Source of the DNA: a virus
Taxonomy: Duplodnaviria > Caudoviricetes
Length of the DNA stretch: 26,157 nt
IMG/VR virus record: IMGVR_UViG_3300037424_000375
Location: 1-26,157 of that record
Direction: 5' to 3' (one strand)
The position numbers and the translations under genes were made by a program. This document shows positions 15,487 to 24,421 of the stretch, piece by piece (the stretch's first letter is position 1; every line of letters begins with the position of its first letter). The notes under the pieces were generated by a model that saw only the letters and a program-made list of their open reading frames with translations, did not search any database and had not been told where the DNA came from.

Positions 15487-16980
15487 ATGGCGACACGGAA
15501 AGAGAAGAAAAAGCCCGAGCTTCAGCAGATCGCGACGGTCCAAAACGACATCACTCTGAACTACATCGGGAAGGTCCTGCTCAACCCTGATCCGATCCTT
15601 TCCGGCGAGGCCAGGGCTCAGGGGATCAAGGCCTTCGAGGACATGCTTTTTGAGGCGCGCGTCTTCTCCGAAATGCAAAAGCGAAAGCTCGCCGTCATCG
15701 GCAAGGAGTGGGACATCGAGCCCGCAAGCGACGATCCGCAGGACGTGAAGGTCGCAGACTTCGTCAAAGAAGTTTTCAAAAGATTTTCATACGACACCGC
15801 CCGCCAGGCGCTTCTCTCCGGCATCGTCACCGGGTTCAAGCCGGGAGAGGTGATGTGGGATTATTCGGAGGGCGATATCTGGATCAAAGGGATCAACGGA
15901 ATTTCGCCGCGGAGGTTCGCTTTCGATCTCGAGGGCAGGCTGCGGCTCCTCACCTGGGGAAATATGATCGAGGGCGTAGAGGTCCCGGAGAAAAAATTCA
16001 TCGTCTTCAGAAATCCCAGCAACAACGGCTCTCCTTATGGAGACGGGATCGGGCGGGCATTATATTGGCCGATCTGGTTCAAGAAAAACGGGGTGAAGTT
16101 CTGGGCGGTCTTCCTCGACAAATTCGGCCAGCCCACTCCCTGGGGAAAATATCCTCCGGGAACGACGGAGGACGACCAGACCAAGCTTCTCGACTCGCTC
16201 AAAGCGATGCAGACCGACCAGGCGATCATCACGCCGGATAACATGACCGTGGATCTTCTTGAGGCCGCGCGCGCGAGCTCGGTTGACTCTTACGATAAGT
16301 GGGAAAAATTCTGGAACGACGCCATCACCTTCATCATCCTCGGCCAGACGGCGACGACCGAGGGCACGCCCGGAAAGCTCGGGAGCGAAGAGGCCCGGTC
16401 CGATATCCGCGAAGAGATCGTCAAGGCCGACGCCGATCTGCTCTCCGAATGTCAGAACGATTTTCTGATCCCCTGGATCTGCGATTACAACTTTCCGGCG
16501 CTGAAGAAATATCCGAAGGTCTGGGTCCGCACGGAACCTCCCGATGACCTCGATAGGCTGTCCAAAGTCCACCAGGTCGTCTTGCCCTGGCTCGATGATG
16601 TTCCGAAAACTTTTATTCACGAGACCTATTCGATCCCGGTCGCCGAGGCGGGAGAGGACGTTGTGACGGTTCAGAAATCGTCCCCCCTTCCGCTCGGATT
16701 CGCGGAGAGTAGAAGATCTTTCGCCGGGTCGCCGGATCGCCCCCTCACCCCTTCGTCTTCTCAGGCGCAGATCGACTCCTTGATCGAGCGGAGCCTGAAG
16801 GAGGGTGGCATCTCGGAGTTTCACGATTCGCTGATGAAGATCATCGATGATGCGACAAGCCTTGAGGATCTCCAGGCGAAAATCCTTGAGCGGTTCAAGG
16901 ACCTGGATCTGGAGAAGATGAAAGAGATGATGGGCCGCTCTTTTTTTATAGCGAACTTACTTGGAAGGATTTCAAAATGA
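15487..16980 (+). CDS. Portal protein (Mu gp29, DUF935)
   Basis: 'SPYGDG..RALYW...F.DKFGQP..WGKY', 'ILGQTATT', 'VKADADLL'; start moved to ATG 15487. Confidence 0.93.
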   Translation: MATRKEKKKPELQQIATVQNDITLNYIGKVLLNPDPILSGEARAQGIKAFEDMLFEARVFSEMQKRKLAVIGKEWDIEPASDDPQDVKVADFVKEVFKRFSYDTARQALLSGIVTGFKPGEVMWDYSEGDIWIKGINGISPRRFAFDLEGRLRLLTWGNMIEGVEVPEKKFIVFRNPSNNGSPYGDGIGRALYWPIWFKKNGVKFWAVFLDKFGQPTPWGKYPPGTTEDDQTKLLDSLKAMQTDQAIITPDNMTVDLLEAARASSVDSYDKWEKFWNDAITFIILGQTATTEGTPGKLGSEEARSDIREEIVKADADLLSECQNDFLIPWICDYNFPALKKYPKVWVRTEPPDDLDRLSKVHQVVLPWLDDVPKTFIHETYSIPVAEAGEDVVTVQKSSPLPLGFAESRRSFAGSPDRPLTPSSSQAQIDSLIERSLKEGGISEFHDSLMKIIDDATSLEDLQAKILERFKDLDLEKMKEMMGRSFFIANLLGRISK

Positions 16981-17008
16981 TTTTCGCTATGCCCTATGCG
17001 AGGTTCTG

Positions 17009-17683
17009 ATGGTTACTGAATGGGGTCCACTCCCTTTCGACGAGGCGATAGATTTTTTCAGGGGCAAGGTCCCGATGACGATGGATGAATTTCTCGACCT
17101 CGCAAAAGAATCGCGCGTCAGGGCCTTCTCGGTTTCGAACGTCACGGGGATGAGCGCCCTTTCCGATATTCAAAGCTCGGTCGCAAAAGCCATTCAGGAA
17201 GGACTGAGCTTCGGAGACTGGAAAAAGCTGATCGGTAAGACGCTTCTCAATTACGGCATCGAGGGTTTTAGGATGGAGACGATCTTCCGATCCAACGTCC
17301 AGACGGCCTATCAGGTCGGCCACTATCAGCAGATGCACGATCCCGACGTTCTGAAAGACCGGCCTTACTGGAAATACGTTGCGGTGATGGACGAGCGGAC
17401 GCGGCCCGAGCATGCGCAGTGGCATGACACGGTGCTTCCGGCGGACGATCCCTGGTGGAACACTCACTACCCGCCGAATGGCTTCAATTGCCGGTGAACG
17501 GTTGTTTCCCTCTCCGGGCGGGAGGTCGAGCGCGAAGGATTGGAAGTGATGCCGTCTCCGGATGTCGAGACGTATGAGTGGGTAGATCCCAAGACTGGCG
17601 AAATCCACGATATCCCGAAGGGGATCGATCCCGGGTGGGACGTGAACGTTGGAAAGCTCGGAATGATGGCAGGCCTCGTATGA
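17009..17683 (+). CDS. Mu gpF (gp30)/SPP1 gp7-like head morphogenesis protein with in-frame TGA at codon 163 (candidate selenocysteine)
   Basis: 'RMETIFRSNVQTAY..G', 'PYWKYVAVMDERTRPEH', 'YPPNGFNCR*TVVSLS'; the frame continues 61 codons through 'IPKGIDPGWDVNVG' to TGA 17681-17683, which overlaps the gpG ATG. Confidence 0.9.
17509..17525 (+). promoter_or_regulatory. Candidate bacterial SECIS element
   Basis: CCTCTCCGGGCGGGAGG, a 17-nt hairpin starting 11 nt after the TGA, with a G-rich apical loop and a possible bulged U. Confidence 0.55.
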
Positions 17684-18120
17684 TTAAACTTTCGGTAACA
17701 CTCGATGCGGAACAGGCGAAGGCGACGCTTGGGGCGCTCAGCGGCAAGATGAAAAACATGACGCCGGTGATGAAGACCATCGGCCAAACCGTCCGCGCAT
17801 CGATTCAAAGAAATTTTGAGCAGGGAGGCAGGCCCACGGGCTGGATCAGGCTTGCTCCGGCGACGGTCGCCAAAAAAAGAAAGGGCGAAGGAAGGATCCT
17901 GATTGACAGCGCGAGGCTAAAAAACTCGATCAAGGTCCGGGCGTCGTCCGATAGAGTTGTAGTCGGGACAAACGTCGTCTACGCGGCGATTCATCATTTC
18001 GGCGGAATGGCGGGGCGCGGCCGCAAGGTGAGGATCCCGGCCAGGCCGTTTATGCTGATCCAGGACGAAGACTGGAAAGAGATCAACGAGACGGCTTCGG
18101 ATTATCTGCTTAGGTCGTAA
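17680..18120 (+). CDS. Mu gpG (gp31)-like virion morphogenesis protein
   Basis: 'NFEQGGRP.GW..L...T', 'ILIDSARL..SI', 'VGTNVVYAAIHHFGG', 'IPARPF'; ATG 17680 is coupled to the full-length gpF stop. Confidence 0.92.
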   Translation: MIKLSVTLDAEQAKATLGALSGKMKNMTPVMKTIGQTVRASIQRNFEQGGRPTGWIRLAPATVAKKRKGEGRILIDSARLKNSIKVRASSDRVVVGTNVVYAAIHHFGGMAGRGRKVRIPARPFMLIQDEDWKEINETASDYLLRS

Positions 18121-18132
18121 ATGGAGGGCAAA

Positions 18133-19260
18133 ATGTTTCCCGAATGGATCGAGATATTCAAGACCGGGACCTTGATGGACTCCAGAGGCAAAACCAGGGA
18201 GTGGACGCTCCAGGACCTAAAAGAAATTGTGGCAAACTACGACGTCGCCAAAAATCCCGCCCCGATCGTCATCGGCCACCCGGAGACCGACTCCCCGGCC
18301 TACGGCTGGGTCGAGGCCCTAAAGATCGAAGGCGACAAGCTCCTGGCTAAGCCTTTCCAGCTCGTCGACGAGTTCAAGGACTTGGTCAAGCGCGGCATCT
18401 ATAAAAAAATATCGAGCGCAATCTATCCGGGGATTATGACCTTGAAGCACGTGGGATTTCTCGGCGGCGCCGCCCCGGCGGTCAAAGGGCTCAAGCCCGT
18501 GACCTTCGGTACAAAAGAGGAGGCCTGGACCTTCGAGATGGAAACCTCTCTGTCTATAAATGATGGCGACACCACGCCCCGACCTGATGGGGGCGATACC
18601 AATAAAAAAGGAGGTATTAAAATGACAGTCAAAGAATTTATCGAAAAGATGAAGGCTTTCTTCTCGGAAGCCGAAAAGGGTCTTTCCACTGACACCGGCA
18701 CTGTCACTGTCACCGTCCCGGACACCGGTCTCAAATTCACCGAGGCCGAGGTCCAGGCCCGCGAGGCCAAGGTAAAGAAGGACGCAGAGGCCGTGCTCTT
18801 CGCCGAGAACGAAAAGCTCAAGAAGGAAAAAGAAGAGTCGGACAAGAAACTCAAAGAGATCGAGACCAAGGCCCGCAAAGACGGGATCGCCGCCTTTTGC
18901 GAGGGCCTCTGCAAAGAAGGAAAGCTCACGCCGGCGCTCCGGAAGATCATCGAACCGATCATGGTCGCGGTCTCCGACCAGGCGGCCCCGATTGAATTCT
19001 CGGAGACAGTGAAAAAGCCTGCCCTCGACGGCATCAAGGATTTTCTGACCGAGCTTCCGAAGGCCGTGACCTTCCGCGAAGTGACGCCGAAAGACGGACC
19101 GGCAGCCGGCGGATCCGCGAGCGAGAGGCTGTCGAAGCTGATCACGGCAAAGATGGGAGCTAAAAAGGATCTCTCTTACGGGGCGGCTTTTTCGGAGGTG
19201 CAGAGAGAGAATCCCGATTTGGCCAAGGAGTGCTTGGGAGAAATTAAACCCAGCGCTTGA
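18133..19260 (+). CDS. Mu gpI-like prohead protease/scaffold
   Basis: GGAGG RBS; 'WIEIFKTG', 'APIVIGHP...PAYGWV', 'YKKISS', 'LKHVGFLGGAAPAVKGL'. Confidence 0.9.
   Translation: MFPEWIEIFKTGTLMDSRGKTREWTLQDLKEIVANYDVAKNPAPIVIGHPETDSPAYGWVEALKIEGDKLLAKPFQLVDEFKDLVKRGIYKKISSAIYPGIMTLKHVGFLGGAAPAVKGLKPVTFGTKEEAWTFEMETSLSINDGDTTPRPDGGDTNKKGGIKMTVKEFIEKMKAFFSEAEKGLSTDTGTVTVTVPDTGLKFTEAEVQAREAKVKKDAEAVLFAENEKLKKEKEESDKKLKEIETKARKDGIAAFCEGLCKEGKLTPALRKIIEPIMVAVSDQAAPIEFSETVKKPALDGIKDFLTELPKAVTFREVTPKDGPAAGGSASERLSKLITAKMGAKKDLSYGAAFSEVQRENPDLAKECLGEIKPSA
18622..19260 (+). CDS. Nested in-frame scaffold protein (Mu gpZ-like)
   Basis: AAGGAGGT at 18608-18615 before the in-frame ATG 18622; charged helical product. 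Confidence 0.7.
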   Translation: MTVKEFIEKMKAFFSEAEKGLSTDTGTVTVTVPDTGLKFTEAEVQAREAKVKKDAEAVLFAENEKLKKEKEESDKKLKEIETKARKDGIAAFCEGLCKEGKLTPALRKIIEPIMVAVSDQAAPIEFSETVKKPALDGIKDFLTELPKAVTFREVTPKDGPAAGGSASERLSKLITAKMGAKKDLSYGAAFSEVQRENPDLAKECLGEIKPSA

Positions 19261-19312
19261 AACAAACAAAATCTAAACTCAAAACTTTTTGAATCAAGAA
19301 AGGAGAACACCG

Positions 19313-19714
19313 ATGGCTATTGAAAAACTTGGGACCTTGGTATCCCATCCGGCCTATGCGGACCTGAGAACTCATCAGTACAAAGTCGTGGTTCTGAAAT
19401 CGGACGGAACAGTCGGACTTCCGCTCACGGCGATCACGGCGATCCCCTATGGGATACTGCAAAACGCTCCGAATGTGGGAGAAGAGGCGGTCATCGCCCC
19501 GATCGGCTGCGGAGGGATTTCTAAAGCGGTGGCGAACGACGCCATTGCGAGGGGGGCGATCGTGGCCCTCGAATGGGTCGACGATCTTGGAGATTCGGGC
19601 AAGGTCAAAGCCGTGGCAGCGACCCAATATCCGGTCGGGCAAGTGGTCTATCCTTCAGATGCGGAGGATGATCTCTGCTCCGTGCTGCTGACCCCGATGA
19701 CGGTGAAAGCGTAA
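19313..19714 (+). CDS. Capsid cement/decoration protein (DUF2190-like)
   Basis: AAGGAG RBS; 'GILQNAPNVGEEA', 'AIARGA'; lies between scaffold and capsid genes. Confidence 0.7.
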   Translation: MAIEKLGTLVSHPAYADLRTHQYKVVVLKSDGTVGLPLTAITAIPYGILQNAPNVGEEAVIAPIGCGGISKAVANDAIARGAIVALEWVDDLGDSGKVKAVAATQYPVGQVVYPSDAEDDLCSVLLTPMTVKA

Positions 19715-19759
19715 CAATTAACGGGAAGCCTTCAGACTTCCGACGAAAGGAGAAAGACG

Positions 19760-20740
19760 ATGGCTCAACCTTTGTCAAAAACGGGAGTACCTCCCATTCT
19801 GCAGAATGTGAGCGTTCAGTATAGGAATCCGATCTATGTAGCGTCTCGGATTTTCCTTATGATCGACAACTGCCCTCCAGAAGCAAAAATCGCCCGTTAT
19901 CTCAAGGGCGCGTGGTTTCGCGACGAAGCCCAGATGAGAGGGCCCGGGGGCGAAGCCGCCCGGGGTGGCTATCCGGTAGACTTCCTCGATGTGGTCCCCA
20001 AGGAATATGCCTTCGCCAAAGAAGTTCCCGACGAAGACCGTGAAGTGGCCAACTCCCAGGGAGGCCCCCCGCTTCAGCCGGATATCGACGCTATCCAGTT
20101 CGCGACGGATAAAATTCTCATGAAAAGAGAAATCCTCTGCGCAGCGCTGATCAAGGCGACGGTCTGGTCGAGCGTCGCGGCAAGCGGCGAAGATGCCGAG
20201 GGCCTCTGGGCTCCTGCCGGGGCGACCAATACGTTCCTCGCGGACGTAGAAGCCAGGAAAACGACCATCCAGTCGGCGACGGGATTGATGCCGAACTGTC
20301 TCTTTATGGATGCGCTGACGTATAGCGCCGTCAAGGTTTGCGATTCCGTGCTCGACAAGATCAAATACACCCAAAAGGGCGTGTTGACGCCGGATCTGCT
20401 GGCGTCCATCCTCGACCTGGAGGAGGTCGTCGTCGGTCCCGCGATCTACAGCACCGCGAAGGAGTCGAAGGCCGGAACGGATTTTACGGCAGCTCAGATC
20501 TGGGCGAATACTGCCGGGAAGGGCATGGGTTTTCTCTACTACCGACCGTCCACTGCGGGATTGAAAGTCCCGGCCGCCGGATACATCGCCCGATCGGGCC
20601 TGTTTCCCGGGGGGGTCCGGGTTCAGACCTGGCGAGAGGATTCGAAACATCAGGACGTCTATGAGGCGGCCGAAAAAATTCACATCCTCGCCACGGGCCT
20701 GGATCTCGGGTTTATGTGGAAGGATACGTACTTAACCTAA
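19760..20740 (+). CDS. Major capsid protein
   Basis: AAGGAG RBS; 'LQNVSVQYRNPIYVA..IF', 'IQSATGLMPN'; size and position. Confidence 0.85.
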   Translation: MAQPLSKTGVPPILQNVSVQYRNPIYVASRIFLMIDNCPPEAKIARYLKGAWFRDEAQMRGPGGEAARGGYPVDFLDVVPKEYAFAKEVPDEDREVANSQGGPPLQPDIDAIQFATDKILMKREILCAALIKATVWSSVAASGEDAEGLWAPAGATNTFLADVEARKTTIQSATGLMPNCLFMDALTYSAVKVCDSVLDKIKYTQKGVLTPDLLASILDLEEVVVGPAIYSTAKESKAGTDFTAAQIWANTAGKGMGFLYYRPSTAGLKVPAAGYIARSGLFPGGVRVQTWREDSKHQDVYEAAEKIHILATGLDLGFMWKDTYLT

Positions 20741-20745
20741 AAGGA

Positions 20746-20801
20746 ATGGACTGAGCGTTGAGCATGGAGGACTGAGAGTCAAGCCTCAGTCCTCAGTCCA
20801 T
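20746..20801. repeat. Inverted heptamer-based repeat after the capsid gene
   Basis: ATGGACTGAG...AGGACTGAG faces CTCAGTCCTCAGTCCAT. Confidence 0.7.
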
Positions 20802-20837
20802 GTCTCTCATCACTTTATTTCAAGGAGGGTCAAACCA

Positions 20838-21644
20838 ATGAAAAGAACGAAATGGATTTTGAGCATCATGCTTATTCTGAGCCTGGTGATCATGTGGGAT
20901 CCAGGGTTCGCCCAATCGATCAGCGGCAGGACGAGCAGGGGATTGCCCCAGCCCGCCCCCGATACGAATTCTACATCGATCCGCGCCGGAAGGTATGGCG
21001 AAGTCATGACGGTCCCGCTCTACGGGAACAAGCACGCGCTGGCCGACGAAGGATCCTATTATATCGCCACAAACCCGACGATCGGGACCCCCATCGCCCA
21101 GACGACTTCCATCACCGCCTATGCCGACACCGCCGGGGCGATTGGAAATTACTTCTTCTGGAAGAACACCGATCTGACCGGAGGGAAGAGGGTCTACCTC
21201 GACTATATCAAGCTGATGGTCGTCCAGGTGCCCACTGCCGCCACATCCTGGCAGTGGGCTCTGGTCACCGATTATGGCGCGGCGCGGTACACGTCGGGAG
21301 GCTCGGCTATCGTTCCGGTCTCCCCGAACGGGGACATCGGGACCCCGTCCGTCGTTCAAATGTATGCCGGGGCCCTGACCACAGCGGTGGGCATATCCAA
21401 ACGCACTGTTGGAAGGGGCACGTTTCGCGGCGTTATCCCAACGACTTTTGACACGTATGTGATCGTATGTGGCGCGACCCAGGGCGGAACGGGATTTGCG
21501 TCGGCCGCGGCATCGGGCCGTTCGGTTGGCATTGCGCCTCCGATCATTCTCGGCCAGGGACAGAACCTGACGTTTATCATGTGGGGCGCATCCAATGCGG
21601 CTGCCGCCAGCTTCGAGTTCGAAGTAGGCTGGTGGGAGAAATGA
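20838..21644 (+). CDS. Hypothetical beta-rich protein with an apparent Sec-pathway signal peptide
   Basis: AAGGAGG RBS; MKRTKWILSIMLILSLVIMWDPGFA-Q. Confidence 0.7.
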   Translation: MKRTKWILSIMLILSLVIMWDPGFAQSISGRTSRGLPQPAPDTNSTSIRAGRYGEVMTVPLYGNKHALADEGSYYIATNPTIGTPIAQTTSITAYADTAGAIGNYFFWKNTDLTGGKRVYLDYIKLMVVQVPTAATSWQWALVTDYGAARYTSGGSAIVPVSPNGDIGTPSVVQMYAGALTTAVGISKRTVGRGTFRGVIPTTFDTYVIVCGATQGGTGFASAAASGRSVGIAPPIILGQGQNLTFIMWGASNAAAASFEFEVGWWEK

Positions 21645-21654
21645 AATCAATTCG

Positions 21655-21690
21655 GTAGGGAACGGCCTGCTTGCAGGAACCGTTCCCTAC
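21655..21690. repeat. Second GTAG-type REP-like palindrome
   Basis: GTAGGGAACGG-CCTGC-TT-GCAGG-AA-CCGTTCCCTAC. Confidence 0.8.
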
Positions 21691-21701
21691 AGGAGCATAG
21701 A

Positions 21702-22397
21702 ATGGCCTACTCTGTGCTTGCGGATCTGAAGAAACAGATCCCCGAAAAAAAGATCATCGAGCTGACAAACGACGCGGGCGCGGGTCCGCCGAAAAAGATC
21801 GCATACACTTCGGGTGGATCGTATGAGGTCGTCGCGGGAGACACGATCGTCCAGGGCGCGACGCATGCGCTGGTCGACGAGGTGGTCCTTTCGTCGGGAA
21901 GCTGGGCAGGCGGCGATGCCGCAGGCGATCTCTACCTCTCCGACCAGGTCGGCGACTTTGCCGCAGGCAATCTGGCCGTGGGGTCAAACTCCAACGTGGC
22001 GACAGTCGCGGGCAATTCGACCGACACCGTCTACGCCGTCGATACGGAGAAAGTCACCGAAGCGATCGCCAAAGCGGACGCCCTGATCGATGGCTACTGC
22101 GGACAGGTGGCCGAGGTCCCTTTTACGACGATTCCCGCGATCGTCAAACAGCATTCGATTACGCTGGCAATTTATTTTTTATATATCCGCCGATCGATGG
22201 CGCCGGAGCTCGTTCGAACAAATTATGAAGACGCGATCGCATACCTGAAGGACATTTCAACAGGCAAGGCGGCGCTCCCGCCTGTGGGGGAGGCCGACGT
22301 GGCCGCAGCGCCCCAGGCATCGCGAGCAGAGGGCGACGCGACTTTTTCAATTGGAAAAAAGAGCACGGGATCATCCGGCTCTCTTGATAACTACTGA
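21702..22397 (+). CDS. Mu gp36 (DUF1320) head-tail adaptor with an inserted domain
   Basis: 'MAYSVLADL', 'AIAKADALIDGY', 'LAIYFLY.RR...NYEDAIAYLKDISTGK'. Confidence 0.88.
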   Translation: MAYSVLADLKKQIPEKKIIELTNDAGAGPPKKIAYTSGGSYEVVAGDTIVQGATHALVDEVVLSSGSWAGGDAAGDLYLSDQVGDFAAGNLAVGSNSNVATVAGNSTDTVYAVDTEKVTEAIAKADALIDGYCGQVAEVPFTTIPAIVKQHSITLAIYFLYIRRSMAPELVRTNYEDAIAYLKDISTGKAALPPVGEADVAAAPQASRAEGDATFSIGKKSTGSSGSLDNY

Positions 22398-22416
22398 AAA
22401 TAGAATCTCAGGCGCG

Positions 22417-22839
22417 ATGGAAACAATTCTCTCAGCTCTCAAATCAACGATCCCCGCGGCCATGAAGGAGATCAAATCGGTCCACGTTCTTCCGGACCCG
22501 GACCTTCTCCCGGAGAGCGTCCAGTTTCCATGCGTCGGGTTGAAGGATGGGGACAGCGATTTTTCCGAGGGTATGAACCGCACCGAAGAGGAAAGCGGCT
22601 CGGTCCTTATATATGTGTATGTCCAGATCCTGAAAGAGGAGGCGTCGATCATGGGCGAGGGATCGAAAAAGGGAGTGATCAAACTCGTGAAGGACCTTCG
22701 CACGGCGCTCAACTGGAGCACGCTCGGCGACATCGTCAAGCACTTCTATTCTCCTGAGGTCATGGCCTCTGAGACGATGTTCAAGGGAGAAGATGTTTTC
22801 GTGCAAAGAAAAGGCTGCCGGTTCATTTACGAGCGATAG
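22417..22839 (+). CDS. Tail completion/terminator-like protein (position of Mu gp37)
   Basis: 'FPCVGL.DG', 'G...G...LVKDLRTALN'; follows gp36. Confidence 0.6.
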   Translation: METILSALKSTIPAAMKEIKSVHVLPDPDLLPESVQFPCVGLKDGDSDFSEGMNRTEEESGSVLIYVYVQILKEEASIMGEGSKKGVIKLVKDLRTALNWSTLGDIVKHFYSPEVMASETMFKGEDVFVQRKGCRFIYER

Positions 22840-22840
22840 A

Positions 22841-22863
22841 GTAGTCGCAGGCTTTAGCCTGCG
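22841..22863. repeat. GTAG-type REP-like palindrome
   Basis: GTAGTCGCAGGCTTTAGCCTGCG, identical to 13742-13764. Confidence 0.85.
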
Positions 22864-22878
22864 TAAAAGGAGGAACCA

Positions 22879-23064
22879 ATGTCCTACCGATTAAAAAAAA
22901 CTGAGAATGCATTTCGGGTTTGCAGAGAGGGGAAATTCGAGTACCGGCGCTACGAGCACGGGAAGACCTACGACGAGGTCCCCCCGGAAGACGCGCACCG
23001 TTTCGAAACTCTCGACGTGGAGAGGCCTGAATCCGCAGCGGATACAAAAAAAACAAAAAAGTAG
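22879..23064 (+). CDS. Small hypothetical protein
   Basis: AAGGAGG RBS; located before the tail gene. Confidence 0.7.
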   Translation: MSYRLKKTENAFRVCREGKFEYRRYEHGKTYDEVPPEDAHRFETLDVERPESAADTKKTKK

Positions 23065-23086
23065 TGTCTGCATCGGTCCGGGATAT

Positions 23087-23117
23087 CACGGACACGGACC
23101 ACGGACACGGACACGGA
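23087..23117 (+). repeat. CACGGA hexamer tandem run ending in the tail-gene RBS
   Basis: CACGGA CACGGA C CACGGA CACGGA CACGGA, then GGT. Confidence 0.8.
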
Positions 23118-23125
23118 GGTAAGCC

Positions 23126-24418
23126 ATGAGATCCGATTTTGCAACTGACGTCCAGATCGCCGTATCGGCGAATTCAAGAGAGACGGCGATTAACACCGAG
23201 CAGACACTCGACACCGGGATGCTCTGCGACATCGCTTCGATTCCCGGCCGCGAGCCAAAGCGCGAGAACAACGCCGATGAGGCCCACGGCAAAGAAGAGC
23301 CCGATCTGATCTATGACCTCGGAGGCGTCTCAAAAATGAAGATGAGATTCTCGCGGATGCAGGCCCAGCACATGGCCCTGATCGGATCCTACGGTCTGGG
23401 CAGCAGCTCGTCGGTCGCCGCCGGAGCGGGCTGGCTGAGGACGATCCTTCCCATCACCGGCGATCTCGACTCCGCAAGATCGAATCCCTCCTTCACGCTC
23501 GCCGCGCGTCTCGGAAAGCATTTGCAGAAAATCCGCGAGGCGAGCATGTTCGTGACCGGGTTTGACCTGACACTCGAGCGTGACGCATGGGCGGTCCTCG
23601 AGGCGGACCTGAACGGCACCGGAAAGGAAACCACGAACCGGACGAAGGAGACCGTCAACGCGGCCTATAACGCGGCCTCCCTGGCGCTCGCCGCCAATGG
23701 CGTCGCAGGATTGGACGCCGCAGAAAGGCTCGCCAATGTCCATCATATCCGGGTCAAGGTCCCGGTGACGCTCGAATGGGTAGACGTGGCTTTCTCCGCC
23801 GTATCTGGTGCAGAGCCTGCGATAATCACCATCACGCCCCCCGGAGGAGTAGCAACGCTCACCGATTACGAGATCATTTATAACATCAAGGAGGCCGGAA
23901 GCTATGCCTGGTGCTCCTTTCCGAGCAGGGTCGAGGAATATCCCCTCAGGGTGAGCGACTTCTACGTCAATCTCGGAGGCAAGTGGACCGGTAGCCTGGC
24001 AGGCGGGCACCAGATGGCGGCAGACATCAATATGCTCAAGTGGAGCTGCAAATGCGGCCCCGTGCCCGACTTCACGTCAGGAGGCGGGACCTATCTCTAC
24101 GCGAACAGGGCGTTGAGAGCGCCCAGGTCGCAGACCGTCACGCTGGACCGGCGCTTCGCCGATTCGATCCTCGCGCAGAGATTCGACGATATCGAATACT
24201 TCACCCTCTACGCGATCGCCGCGGGCGCGGTCTATGATTCGCCCCACAAATATACGGTGGAGGTCGTTTTCCCGAGGGTGGCGGTGAGAGGCAGGCCGGT
24301 GAGCGTCGGCGATAAGAACCGCCTGGTAGAGGGAGTAGAGTTCGATGTGTTTCAGGACGACACCTATGGAAGCGTGATTCTGAAGACGAAAAACATGGTG
24401 CAGCATTACGCCGCGTAA
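23126..24418 (+). CDS. Probable major tail (tube) protein
   Basis: GGAGGT RBS; beta-rich, 'NPSFTL', 'YTVEVVFPRV'; directly precedes the chaperone and tape measure. Confidence 0.7.
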   Translation: MRSDFATDVQIAVSANSRETAINTEQTLDTGMLCDIASIPGREPKRENNADEAHGKEEPDLIYDLGGVSKMKMRFSRMQAQHMALIGSYGLGSSSSVAAGAGWLRTILPITGDLDSARSNPSFTLAARLGKHLQKIREASMFVTGFDLTLERDAWAVLEADLNGTGKETTNRTKETVNAAYNAASLALAANGVAGLDAAERLANVHHIRVKVPVTLEWVDVAFSAVSGAEPAIITITPPGGVATLTDYEIIYNIKEAGSYAWCSFPSRVEEYPLRVSDFYVNLGGKWTGSLAGGHQMAADINMLKWSCKCGPVPDFTSGGGTYLYANRALRAPRSQTVTLDRRFADSILAQRFDDIEYFTLYAIAAGAVYDSPHKYTVEVVFPRVAVRGRPVSVGDKNRLVEGVEFDVFQDDTYGSVILKTKNMVQHYAA

Positions 24419-24421
24419 GCG

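Noticed and set aside
16961-17497. ORF-track gpF ending at 17497 and gpG starting at 17578
   Set aside because: gpF homology continues past the TGA, so the 17578-17679 'gpG N-terminus' is gpF coding sequence in another frame. Better starts are 17009 and 17680.
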